64,000 bases of DNA, from contig OX597822.1 in the NCBI GenBank assembly GCA_951406725.2, positions 24,986,001 to 25,050,000 on the forward strand, written 5' to 3'. The translations under genes were made by a program, and so were the position numbers. The DNA is from Octopus vulgaris (Eukaryota). The notes under the pieces were generated by a model. The model had not been told where the DNA came from. It worked only from the letters and a program-made list of their open reading frames with translations, and ran no database searches. How positions within the stretch are numbered: position 1 is the stretch's first letter; every line of letters starts with the position of its first letter. Below are positions 27,934-42,135 of the stretch, piece after piece.

Positions 27934-29185
27934 GATACTTTATTTTTCGACCCCTGTTAAAAAATATCTATTTTGTTAATAGAAAAAAGATGTGCCAATA
28001 GAACCGTTGTACAGTAAACAATAGAATGGTATAATGGACACTACGAACCAAGTTGTTTACTGAATTAACTGACAACTACACATACATACACACACATACA
28101 TACACACACATTCATACACACATACACACACAAAATTTACGCATAACACATAAACAGACAGCTACAACATACACCACAAACATAGCGACACATACACACA
28201 AACACGTACACATACGCAGATAGTAACACACGCACACACACACAAAACAAGCATATGCACAGACACATACATAGGAATGCACATGAATAGACAAAGACAC
28301 ACACACACACACACACACATACTGACAGAGACATACACAGCAGCAAAAAAACAAACAGCAACCACAAGAACAACGGGGGAAGGCTTTCTCTAAGAGGTCG
28401 GTTGACCGACTTGCTAGAAATAACAACCAGATCTCCTTTAAATCAAACATGAAGTAGATATTGAGTAATGTCGAATTTGACCACTATACAATGTCTGAAT
28501 AGAAGACAGGATGGACTGTCGGGACTGTGGAGAAGCAGTGGGCTAATCGAAGGGTTAGTCACTTTTGCCAGCTGAGTGAATTAGAATAATGTGAAGTGAA
28601 GTGAAGTGTCTTGTTTAAGAACACAACGCGTCAGCCGGTCCAGGTATCGAAACCACAATCGTTCTTTCGTGAGTTGAACACCGTAACTACTAAACCCGAA
28701 ATAGTGCAGTGAGCGTCCATTGTGGCCGCTTCCTTTTGAGTTTTTGGGATCGACATACTGAACAATCAGCTGTTTTTAAGCTGGTCAAAACTAGATGCAC
28801 ACACACGCACACACACACACACACACACCACACACACAAACACACACAAACACACACACACACACACATACACAGGCGCGTGCGCATGAAGACACATTCA
28901 TGCACATGCAGATGCACGTGTTCTCATCCGTTCACATATACACTCACATATATTACGTATGAAGCACAAAGCACCGACTTAGCGAAATGCGCAGAATCCA
29001 CACTCACACGCGCGCACCCTCCCGTATACACACACACTTACACGTAAGAACACACACTTAAACATGTGATAATAATTACACACATACACACACACTCGCG
29101 TGCACACGCCCATACTGGAACAAACACAAACTTACACACACAGACACACGCATGCATGCACTCACTCACACACACAAATATACAC

Positions 29186-29219
<34 letters not shown>

Positions 29220-29598
29220 CTACTCACACATACAAACATATACAAAAAAACATACACTCACACACATATAGTGGTGGGTCTTCGTCCGATGAAGATTCAG
29301 TTGTTTGATCAAGTGAATTACCCTGCTTCTAAATTGAAGCCTAAGTGGCTGTATATTCCACAGACACACCGTTATTAATTAATTTTTCGACAGAATCAGC
29401 GTGATTTTGAATTACAGGTAAAATCGCCTGACGGGCTTCGACTCAACTTCTCCCACAAATTATAGATTGATGAGAAAAAAAAATAAAGCGTAAAAATAGC
29501 TAAATGGCTCTCTGTGGATTCCGAGGTTGAATATTCCAGTGTTCGATCCGCTAAACTTGCCAGTTCCAATAAATTTTAGTGAAACTAGCTGAGAATTC

Positions 29599-29980
29599 CG
29601 CAGGAGTGGCTGTGTGGTAAGTAGCTTGCTTACGAACCACATGGCTCCGGGTTCAGTCCCACTGCGTGGCACCTTGGCCAAGTGTCTTCTACTATAGCCT
29701 CGGGCCGACCAAAGCCTTGTGAGTGGATTTGGTAGACGAAAACTGAGAGAATCCCGTCGTATATACATATGAATGTGTGTATATATGTTTGTGTGTGTGT
29801 GTCCCCCAACATCGCTTGACATCGATGCTGGTGTGTTTACATCCCGTAACTTAGCGGTTCGGCAAAAAAGACCGATAGAATAAGTACTAGGCTTACAAAG
29901 AATAAGTCCCGGGGTCGATTTGCTCGACTAAAGGCAGTGCACCAGCATAGCCGCAGTCAAAATGACTGAAACGAACAAAA
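29599..29980 (+). mobile_element. SINE family B, full length (tRNA-like head, CORE-like segment, internal microsatellite)
   Basis: A box TGGCTGTGTGG and B-box-like GGTTCAGTCCC. CACCTTGG(G/C)CAAGTG resembles the CORE-SINE motif. Internal (TA/TG)n; 3' end ATGACTGAAAC...AAAAGA. Confidence 0.85.
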
Positions 29981-30014
29981 GAATAAGAATAAAGAATATA
30001 TTCTTCTTTTTATT

Positions 30015-30205
30015 TATTCTTTTACTTGTTTCAGTCGTTTGCCTGCACTGCGGCCATACTGGAGCACCGCCTTGATGGGTTTTCGTCGAACAAATCAATC
30101 CCAGGACTTATTTCTTTTGCCGAGCCTCTAAATGACGAGGACATACGCACACCAACACCAGTTGTCAAGCGGTGAGGTGGGGTGGGGTGGTGAAGAGGCA
30201 CAAAG

Positions 30206-30250
<45 letters not shown>

Positions 30251-30390
30251 TATTTGCATACATAGAAAGCCGTCTACCAAATCCGCTCACAATGCTTTGC
30301 TCGGCCTGAGGCTACACTAGAAGACAGTTGCCCAAGGTGCCATGCAGTGGGACTGAACCTGGAACTATGAGCTTAGGAAGCAAGCTAAGC
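30015..30390 (-). mobile_element. SINE B, tail-to-tail with the preceding copy
   Basis: Reverse-complement match to family B. Confidence 0.8.
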
Positions 30391-30984
30391 GAATTTATAA
30401 TACCGCAATACGTGACAAAACTAGATAGACTAGCACAAATTATTCTCTGCGTTGTTTAATTCAAAAGGCTTGAGTAGAACTTACTCAAAGTGCGATGATT
30501 GCAAAACGAACTTTTACGTACACACGAAGGGGGCCTTGTGTCTAGAGTAGAAAAGATTCCTGCAGATGTGGATCTGCAAGAGTTTAAACAGAACATTAAC
30601 GGTATCAAGCGCACAGGTCTTGGAGAGTTTGCCAAAGTGATAGACACTGCCCTGACTCAGCAAGTAAAAATAGGTCCCTTGAAATTTATATATATATATA
30701 TATAAATATTCAGTTTCAGTCATTAGACTGCGGTCATGCTGGGGCAACACGCTGAACGGGTCAGTCGAGCAAACTGGCCGCAGTATTTTTACCGAACCGC
30801 TTGATAACGTGAACGTAAACAAACCAGCATCGGTCGTCAAGCAGTGGTGGGGGACAAACACAAGCTTGCACGCACACACACATACACACACAAACGCACA
30901 TTTTATATATATATATATATATATAACGGGCTTCTTTCAGTTTCCATCGACCAAAACCACTCAAAAGTGTGTGTGTGTGTGCGT

Positions 30985-31016
<32 letters not shown>

Positions 31017-31739
31017 ATGTGTGTATATGTTTGTGTTTGTGTGCATGTGTGTGTGTGTATGCATGTGTGTTTGTGTGCATGTATATCGTGTCAGTTAGTG
31101 ATCGGAGTCATCTATCAATCAATGATGAGATCTATTGAATGCTGACACCCCTGCAATTCTAGATTAGCATTATCGGTAACTAGGGGTAACATACTTTGAT
31201 TATATAGAATACAATGTCCTGTCCAGAAATATAACCAAATACTTAAAAGGATTTTGAACACATAGTCACTGAAGTGATATTGTAGTACAATACCACTTGA
31301 CCCTCTCGCCTTCCCTCCCTCCACCCTTCCCCGCTCTCTCTTCTCTACATCCAGTCGCACGAGCAAACAAGAAACGCCTCTAACTGGTCATTTGACGTGT
31401 TAGAAAGAACAGTTAAATTTTCAGCAAATTTTTCCCTCTACCGTTTTAAAACAAGGGTGAAAACAGATGATGAGTATATATTTGGATGCGATATGTCTGC
31501 AATGTTTTTGATCACAGGTCTGCTTCATCACGACTGACCTGGGGTTAAACAGCAACAACAACAACCACCACCACCACTACCACCACCACCACCACCACCA
31601 CTACAACAACCACTCATACATTCATCTGCCCATCTACCAGTTCTCTCGTCCGTCTCTCACTCGACCTCTACAATTCTTCTATCTTTCACACCATCCACAC
31701 ACATACATTTACCTAGACACACACACACTCACACACACA

Positions 31740-31777
<38 letters not shown>

Positions 31778-32124
31778 TATTTCCTCTTCTCTCTCTGCGA
31801 CTCACACACACACACTCACACACACACTCACACACACACACTCACACACACACACTCACACTCACACACACACTCACTCACACACACATACACACACAAA
31901 CACACACACTCTCACACACACATACACAAACACACATATTTCCCCTTCTCTCTCTGCGATTCACACGCGCATACACTTATATTCCCCTTCTCCCTCTGCG
32001 ACTCACCCCTTCCCATATACACACACACTCACGCACACACACTGTTTCTCCCTCTCTGTGTTTCTTTTTTAATCTCCCTCGAAGAAACTTCAGTGTATAT
32101 ATGTACATGTTTGTATGTGTGAGT

Positions 32125-32158
<34 letters not shown>

Positions 32159-32601
32159 TTCCGTGTGTGTGTGTGTATGTTATCATTGTCAAGTCTCTAG
32201 ATACGCCTGTCCAAACAGATCTACCATTAAATCCGTTGCAGCCATGACCATCCCGTCTTTGTCTTCAAACGCAATATGAAGAACATTGTCCAATGAAGGG
32301 CTTTTTACAAATTATTTAGGCGTAAATATAGTCAACAGTTGATATTTCGGTATCGCAAACGCCACAGTCATAGCTTACAGACGACAGATAAGGGAAAGGA
32401 GGAAAGTAATTAATTATAACAGAGTATTAGATAGAATATTTCCGACTAGCCTATGTCGTATTTCTGTCTGTAGGCTCACATAGCACTAAAACGGTCAAGC
32501 AGGATTTCATTCAGGATATATCTCTACAAAGACATTTCCGTGTGAATTCCACATGTATGTATGTATGTGCACGTGTGTCTGTGTGAATGTGTATATTAGT
32601 A

Positions 32602-32637
<36 letters not shown>

Positions 32638-33068
32638 TAAATAAAACATATACATATATGTATGTACCTACGTCTACATGTATATATACACGCATATATG
32701 AGTACAGGACACCAAAAAAACGTCAAACACAATGAGAAACGAAAACATAGACACAAACCCAAGGAACTGGACATTTTTCTTAAACAACAACAAAAAAATA
32801 GAGTACAGGACAAATAACACAAGGAAAAAACCCCTTCTTCAGTCGCCATATATATATATATTTATATATGTATATGTGTATGTGTATGTATGTATATATA
32901 TATACTTATACACATGTATATATATGTGTGTGTTTGTATGAATGTATATAAATATATACATATATATGTATATAAGCTTATGCTGGTGTGTATGTATGTA
33001 TGTGCGTGCGCGTGTACATGTGTGTGTGCATGTGTGTGTGTATGTGTGTATACGTGTGTATGAGGGTA

Positions 33069-33359
33069 CATGGGCTGGTGGTTATGGTGTTGCACTCACA
33101 ATCGCGAGATTGTGGTTTCAGTTCCTGATTCGAGTAGTGCGTATTGTCCTGGAGCAAAGCACCTCATCCCACGTTGCTCCGTGGTCACTTCACCGCCTGG
33201 TGCGCTGCATGCCGTGTACCGGTTCATGCAAAGTCGATTTGATGGAGGGAGAGAACTAATCTACAGCACATACATTTGATCACTGTAAACAAATCATCTT
33301 TCAAGATTGTTCAGCAAGAGATTACAGAACCGTCCTTCTCGGACCACGAGAGAATACCA
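33069..33359 (+). mobile_element. tRNA-derived SINE (family D-type), diverged
   Basis: TGGGCTGGTGGTTA...GGTTTCAGTTCC head and GTCCTGGAGCAAAGCAC...CACGTTGCTCC body, similar to 9918-10199 and 28560-28696. Confidence 0.6.
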
Positions 33360-33398
33360 TCATACATGCATAAATACATGCGTGTGTATGTGTGTGTG

Positions 33399-33436
<38 letters not shown>

Positions 33437-33590
33437 CCGAAATTGCGAGGATGATCCGGTTCTTGACTGATGATTGAAGGCTTCGAATGACCCGTCCGTG
33501 TTTTTTGTATCCTCTTCTGAATGTTTTGCGTTCTTGTCCCATTTTGTATTTTTATACATACATACATACAAAAATACATACATACATATA

Positions 33591-33703
<113 letters not shown>

Positions 33704-33740
33704 TTATAGATAGATAGACGGACAGACAGACAAGACAGAC

Positions 33741-34215
<475 letters not shown>

Positions 34216-34726
34216 GGTATGTGGCTGTATTACTGATTACTTGGCTGTTTAAATCCACACTCATCCCTGATCCTGCGGAAGAACTGTGACCAAAATCTTA
34301 TTTGCATGACCCGGAGCCCTTGTCACGGTGGCTGTACGTATTAGAAACAGCAACAAAATCTCCGCTAAATCGCATCCTTCCACCGTTTAACTGTATTTAG
34401 TGATGTACAACTGTAGATAATTAGAATCTCAGCGGAGTACCCCGCTCTATGAGCTACACTTTCACATTTATATTTCGTCCGTCTCTCTCTCTCTCTCTTT
34501 CTTTCTCTCTATCTTTCTCTGTCCATCAGTTCTCTCTTCGCTCATTCCTAGCACTTTCTTCTTTCTTTGTTTTGTTTGTTTATATAGTTGTTTTAGTCTG
34601 TCTATGATTTGTTTTTTTCGTTTCTACAAGAATATGAAAATCACACACATGTACTGCACACACGGATGCACATGCAGGCGCACGCACACACGCACACGCA
34701 CAACTTAGCCATATGTATGTTTGTGA

Positions 34727-34779
<53 letters not shown>

Positions 34780-34812
34780 CCTACCTATGTGTGTGTGCTA
34801 TACATATCTATC

Positions 34813-34852
<40 letters not shown>

Positions 34853-34853
34853 A

Positions 34854-34948
<95 letters not shown>

Positions 34949-34954
34949 GTTTAA

Positions 34955-35011
<57 letters not shown>

Positions 35012-35207
35012 TATGCCTGCGTGGTTGCGAACATGTCCATCCAAATAACTCGAAAGCGATTCACCACGCCGTACCATCCATGCCAAACCACACCTCGCCT
35101 CAACACAACACTAGTTATTGACATAACATTTAAACCGTTCTTATATTTTGCGATATTATTGTACTTTATCATCATCATCATCACCATCCACCAAGACCAT
35201 CACTACC

Positions 35208-35270
<63 letters not shown>

Positions 35271-35437
35271 TTCGTCATCATCATTTTTTACTCCAGCCTC
35301 TGTGTATGCACACACACACACACATAATACTTGTACAATGATACCCCCACCTCATCACCCACATACTTCTACATATGTTACGAGAAACAAATCAATAGAA
35401 ACAAATACGACAGATATATGGTTTTATATATATACAA

Positions 35438-35498
<61 letters not shown>

Positions 35499-37476
35499 AA
35501 CAGAACGAAAGACAATATAAGTTTTGTAATACTTACATAAGATAAACCAGCCGATGTTAAATCTACGGAGGGATACGACCGTAAATATGAAGTCATTTTG
35601 TGTTTGGTTCACGGAATTATAAGAGAGAAATCGCCAAATAAACCGCTGACCGATCGGTCTGTCTTTTTTTATTACTTATGTCATTGAATACTTTGAATAT
35701 TCGTGCGAATATTCTTGTGTTTATTTTCGTTTTCTGCGAGTGTCAAGAAGTCAGCAGTTAGCTTCCTTTATTTTCTGTGTATATTTTTGTTTGTGGTATG
35801 TCTTTTTATAACATTATCCGAAAATATAGATCCATTTCGATTGATTTTTTTTTCTGTTTGGTAACAATAATTGTAATAATTGTAATATGATATAATATAA
35901 TACAGAGTGAGAGAGATATATGCACAGGGACCAAATCAAGCCAGTGACCACATCTCAGAAACGTGTGTAAACAGAGAGAAGAAAGAAAGAAAAAAATGGA
36001 CAAACGCGAAGGCCTTTTCTTTCTGTCTATTTCTTTCAATCTCTGTCTCTCTCGTATATATATTTTACTCCATTTTCCTGTCTATCTTTCTAAATGTGTG
36101 TTTTCTTTTGCATCATGTTCAGTGTGTCTTCCTCTTTCGCTCTTTCTCTCTCTCTCTCTCTCTTTCACGCACTCTATCTCTCACGTTTGTTCCCTATCTC
36201 TCCCTTTCTTTCAATCTGTCAATCTTTCGCGAAGCGGGTAAGGCAGAAGAAGAAGAAGGAGAAAAATAACAAGGGAAGCTGTGAGGAAGATGTGAATAAT
36301 ACAAAAAGTCTTGTTTTAGGGAAGATATCATGCAAACATTAAAATGCCGTCGCGTTTTCTCGTATTCTATTCTCTTTTCGTTTATATTTTCCCTTTCGTT
36401 TCGTTGTTGTTTTTCTAAACAGTTTCTCTGGTTTTTGTTTTTGTTGTTCTTCATAGCAGTAGTAGCGGATTTGGAGGACTTTTCGCTCGTTCTTTCGTTC
36501 GTTCGCTCGCTCGCTCGCTCCTTCGTTCGTTTCTTAGTTCTCACTCATTCACACACATTAAAGCACACTGCATGTAATGATATATAAACTAATATTTTTA
36601 GACGAACTTGGGCAGTCAGACTAACAGACAGACAGACTGCCTAACTGATAGATAGACAGACAGATAGACATACATACCGACAGACAGACAGTCTGCCAGG
36701 AGATGCTGGTAGTTAGTCGGACTGACGAACAGACGAACAGATAGGTGAAGCGAAAGGTAAGGAGTGGTTAGAAGGGGGAGTGCTAGCTGTCAGGCTGGCA
36801 GACAGGCAAACAGGCGGCCTGCTCCCGTTCAACAGGCAAGTGTTGGATAGATGGATGGATGGATGGATGGATGAAGAAGGTAGCTGAAAGAGATAGATAG
36901 ATAGATGGATGGATAGGTTGTGCTTTGCCGGTTGCTGCCACATACCACATTTCTTTCTTTCGTTGGGTGGGGTTAGGTGGGCCTCCCTTTACGTTGCTGG
37001 GCTGTGTGGCTGGTAGTGCCTGGTGGCTGGTAACGAAACAGCTTTAAGCATAGCTACGATGGTTTGATGAAGTCTTGGGATGAAGTGGAAGAAAGAAAGA
37101 GTGAGAGGGTAAGATTAAGAGATAGGTAAATAGTGTATATGTGCGCGTGTGTGAAAAAACCGAAAGAGAGAAAGAGAGAGGGGGCAAAGAGAGTAAGATA
37201 TAGAATGTTTGTGATAATGAAATAGTAATAACAAATTTTCAAGTAGTTGATAGATACATACTCTGAGAGAGAGAAAGAGAGAGAGAGAGGGGAGAGGGAG
37301 AGAGAGAGAGAGGGGAGAGGGAGAGAGAGGGAGAGAGAAAGGGAGAGACAGATGAGCTTCGTGAAGTTAAAAAAAAGTGCAGACATTCCAGGATGTGAAT
37401 TTTGGAGATAGTTTGAGAATGAATAATAATAATAATAGTAATAATATTAATAATGATTTCTTTTATTTTTATATTT

Positions 37477-37511
<35 letters not shown>

Positions 37512-37611
37512 TAATAATTTAAAGAAGGAAATATAGATGTAAATAAAGAAGTGAAGAATCATGAGATGACGGATGGAAATAGATAGCAACCAGATTGGAT
37601 ATTCGTATATT

Positions 37612-37649
<38 letters not shown>

Positions 37650-37857
37650 ACGGGGTGTCAAGATGGACAGGTAGGTTGATGGCCAGATAGATGAACGGAG
37701 AACGAAAGGGAGATGGTTACAACGATAGAAAAATACCTGTCATTGCAACAGTGTAACAACTATTGTCATCACGCTGATGGGTACATCCCCCCCACACACA
37801 CCCTCACTCTCTAATTTACATACATACACAAGTATGCGCGCGCACATACGCACTCAC

Positions 37858-37911
<54 letters not shown>

Positions 37912-38299
37912 GTGTGTATGTATATATTGAATGATTATTTAAATATATAGATAGCCAGGTAAGCAGGTAGGTCGTCAGTGAGTGAGCGAGTTACATAGGT
38001 ATGTAGGCAGATAGACAGGTAACTCGATACAAGTATCAATAGGTATGCGATGTAGTTTGGTAAGCAGAAAGAAGCAGAGTTATACAGATGGATATTCAAG
38101 TATAGACGATAGGTAGATGCGACGAGATGATGAGGTAAATAGATAGGTATTAGTGACAGACAGACAGACAGATAGCTGAAGGGATAAACAGGTAGAACGC
38201 AGGTAGATAAAATAGATAGGTAACTAAGTAGACAAACTGTTAGCTAGTTAAATAGATAACCAGAAAAAAGAACAGAGAAAGAGATAGCTAGGTAGATTC

Positions 38300-38493
38300 T
38301 TTATCTTTTACTTGTTTTATTCACTGGACTGTAGCCATGCTGGAGCACCGCCTGAAAAGATTCGTCGTCGAACGAAGCGATCCCAGGACATTTTTTTTTT
38401 TTCAAGCTGGAACTTATAACTTTCTCTTTTTCGAACCGCTAAGTTGTGCGAACGTGAACAAACCATCACCTGTCGTCAAGCAATGGTGGGAGC

Positions 38494-38586
<93 letters not shown>

Positions 38587-39155
38587 ACACAGGCATATAT
38601 GTATATGCATGTATGTATATATATATATATATAGGCGTAGGAGTGGCTGCGTGGTAAGTAGTTTGTTTACGAACCACACTGTCCCAGGTTCAGTCCCACT
38701 GCGAGGCACCTTGGGCAAATGTCTTCTACTATAGCGTCGGGCCCACCAAAGGTTTGTGAGTGGATTTGGTAGACGGAAACTGAAAGAAGCCTGTCGTATA
38801 TATGTATATATATATATGTATGTGTGTGTATATGTTTGTGTGTCTATGTTTGTCCCTCCTCCCCAACATCGCTTGACAACCGATGCTGCTGTGTTTACGA
38901 CCCCGTAACTTAGCGGTTCGGCAAAAGAGACCGATAGAATAAGTACTAGGCTTACAAAGAATATATATACATATATATATGTATATATACATATATACAT
39001 GTATATATACATATATACATGTATATATACATATATATATGTATATATGTATATATGTATGCAAGGCTTTTAGTAGGCCTGAGGCTATAGCAGAAGACTC
39101 TTGCCCAAGGTGCCATGCAGTCGGACTGAACTCGGAACTCCTTACCACACGGCCC
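38300..39155. mobile_element. SINE B (-) split by a SINE B (+, 38633-38960) lying in its internal microsatellite
   Basis: Minus 3' half at 38300-38500, plus copy at 38633-38960, minus head at 39060-39155. Confidence 0.75.
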
Positions 39156-39314
39156 TTGATAGAAAACATGTGTGTGTGTGTGTGTGTATGTGTGTGTGTG
39201 TGCGTGCGTATGGTAGTGGAGCACCGTCGTTCTGCGACGAGGATTCAGTTGTTTGATAACAATTGAATTACTTGCTCCTGAATTAAAGTGTAAGCGGCTG
39301 TGTACTCCACAGAT

Positions 39315-39703
39315 GTGGAGGCGCAATGGCCCAGCGGTTAGGGCAGCGGACTCGCGGTCATAGGATCGTGCTTTCGATTCCCAGACCGGGCGTTGTGAGT
39401 GTTTATTGAGCGAAAACACCTAAAAGCTCCACGAGGCTCCGGCAGGGGATGGTGGTGATCCCTGCTGTACTCTTTCACCACAACTTTCTCTCACTCTTAC
39501 TTCCTGTTTCTGTTGTACCTGTACTTCAAAGGGCCGGCCTTGTCACTCTCTGTGTCACGCTGAATATCCCCGAGAACTACGTTAAGGGTACACGTGTCTG
39601 TGGAGTGCTCAGCCACTTACACGTTAATTTCACGAGCAGGCTGTTCCGTTGATCGGATCAACCGGAATCCTCGTCGTCGTAACCGACGGAGTGCTTCCAC
39701 ACC
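39315..39703 (+). mobile_element. Full-length tRNA-derived SINE (family C) with 11-bp TSD
   Basis: A box TGGCCCAGCGG, B-box-like TTCGATTCCC. TSD ACTCCACAGAT at 39304-39314 and 39704-39714. Confidence 0.9.
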
Positions 39704-39922
39704 ACTCCACAGATACGCGCCCTGACACATAAATAAATATTTCCAGGAAAAATTCAGTGTGACAACGCTGTATCATTTGAATTATTGTGAACAAACCACC
39801 CGAGGGTTCCTATACAGCTTATACAATCAGTCTGTCAGCTTCCTTCCACCAATTTTCATTCACAAATTATAGCTCGACTCGAAATTACAGGAAATGCATC
39901 ATATTTGCTCAAAATATCACAC

Positions 39923-40306
39923 TTTTGCGTTCCCAAAATCTATCCCCTCCTTACTGTGGTGGGGACGCTGGCAACGGGTAGTGTCAGAGCTATGCCGTCG
40001 GGAACTTCGGTTCCTGGTAGGGCCACCCAAGGTGGATTGGTCTGAGACCGAGTGGTATTAGGGCCACAACCCGGCAGACGGGGCTCTGGTGAAAATCCTC
40101 GGAGTGTCTGTTTCGGCAACCGACGGCTCCTCGGTAGTTCTGTCCCTGCGTCTGTGGACATTCTGCGGCAAACAGGATGTCTCCACATGCGGGATTGTTG
40201 GGGACCGTTTGTGAAATCCACATATTCCCACGAAACTTCTTCGATGAGTAGAAGAAGCCGACTCAACCAGCTCAGGGTGAATGTCACCACAAGTACAAGT
40301 ACAAGT
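39923..40306 (+). mobile_element. RTE-derived non-autonomous retroposon with (CAAGTA)n tail and 12-bp TSD
   Basis: TSD AAAATATCACAC at 39911-39922 and 40307-40318; tail CAAGTACAAGTACAAGTA. GAGCTATGCCG...CCTGGTAGGGCCACCCA resembles RTE-clade 5' UTRs (from memory). Inserted in a decayed SINE B head. Confidence 0.7.
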
Positions 40307-40381
40307 AAAATATCACACAATGGGATCGAAATCGGGACTCTGTGGTTGCTAGCGAACTGTGGGTCAACACGCGCGCACGCA

Positions 40382-40419
<38 letters not shown>

Positions 40420-40766
40420 GCACGCACACGTATTTAGAAGATGTGGGCCGCTTATTGTGATCACTTTCAGACAGCCTTTTTGATAACAGTCAGCTGATAA
40501 TATGCAGCAAAAGATAGAATAATATCCTGGGCGTATTTGGGACTCATCAACTTTGATAATAATAACCATTTGATAACATTATCTGATATAAACAACCAAC
40601 TTCCACTGAACATGTGTATGAGTGCGTGTTTGCATGTATGTATATATGTGCATGTATATATAAGTGTGTGTGTGCGTGCGTGTGTATAAGTATTATGCGC
40701 ATATATGTATTTGTATGCATATATATATATATATACATACACATATATACATACACATATATATAT

Positions 40767-40848
<82 letters not shown>

Positions 40849-41214
40849 GAGCTTGAGATAGATAATTAAGTAGATTGGGAGATGCTTATATTGATAAGCA
40901 ATACAAGACGTATAAAATATTTAGGAATAAAATAATAAAATATATGAGAAAAATAAAATAACAGAGTGATAGTGTGAGGAGGGAAATTAGAAGGAGTGAA
41001 ATTTGAAAACATTGATAGGTAACGAAGAATATCACAGTAAAACGGAAACACCCGGAAATAGGGGACGGGGTGAGTAACGCTGAAGGGGCAGAAAAAAGAA
41101 AATGACAAGCAAGGAGTTATTGTTTTGTTTATTTCTTTGTTTTTTGATGTTGACATTTTTTTTACAAGAAAAAGGAGAAAAAGTCTTGCTATTTAAATTG
41201 TTTTTTTTTTATCG

Positions 41215-41579
41215 TGTACTTGAATCAGTCATTTACTTGCGGCCATGCTGGAGCCGCACGTTAAAGGGTTTTAGTCGGAAAAAGAATTCCACCCCAGTCT
41301 ATCTACTTATTTTTTTGAAGTCTCGTACTTATTCTATCGGATGTTGTTGCCGAACCGCTAAGTTACAGAGCATAAGAAAATCTACACCGATTGATTGTCA
41401 AGTGACAGCGTTAGTGAACATACACACACGCACATAGAAAATACCTATCTTTCTACCCTTCTAGGACCTTATTATATATATGTCCCACTGCGTGGCACCT
41501 TCTACTATAGCCTCGGGCCGACCAAAGCCTTGTGAGTGGATTTGGTAGACGGAAACTGAAAGAAGCCCGTCATATATAC

Positions 41580-41672
<93 letters not shown>

Positions 41673-41890
41673 TGTGTGTGTGTACGCTTGTGTATCTGTG
41701 TTTGTCCCACCCCTCAGCATCGCTTGACAACCAATTCTGGTGTGTTACATCCCCGTAACTTAGAGGTTCTGTAAAAGAGACCTATAGTATAAGTACTAGG
41801 CTTACAAAGAATAAGTCCTGGGGCTGATTTGCTCGATTAAAGGCGGTGCTCCAGCATGGACACAGTGAAATGACTGAAACAAGTAAAAGA

Positions 41891-41944
<54 letters not shown>

Positions 41945-42135
41945 ATACATACATACATGTACATATGCCCACACACATACACACGCACGTATCGATCTAC
42001 CAAATTCGTTTACAACTCATTGGTTCTCTCAGGGGTTATAGTAGAAGACACTTGCCCAAGGTGCCGAGCATTGAGACTGATCCCGAAACCACTAGGTTAT
42101 AAAACGGAAACGAACTTCTTAACCACACAGCCATG
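41215..42135. mobile_element. SINE B (-) halves surrounding a SINE B (+, 41482-41890)
   Basis: Same nested arrangement as at 38300-39155. Confidence 0.7.

Noticed and set aside
31775-32060. Three copies of ATATTTCC.CTTCTCTCTCTGCGACTCACAC within (CA)n
   Set aside because: Explained by local slippage duplication inside a microsatellite.
33465-33500. CTGATGA-hairpin-GAA motif in a TA-flanked repeat; similarly CTGAAGA on the minus strand at ~32836-32842
   Set aside because: No GAAA/stem III/UH arrangement, so hammerhead topology is not supported.
39316-39390. Possible tRNA gene
   Set aside because: A and B boxes are present but there is no proper cloverleaf, and it is the head of a TSD-flanked SINE.
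39940-40569. 209-aa and 143-aa overlapping ORFs
   Set aside because: They cross a TSD-bounded non-autonomous insertion and (CA)n, and show no recognisable domain.
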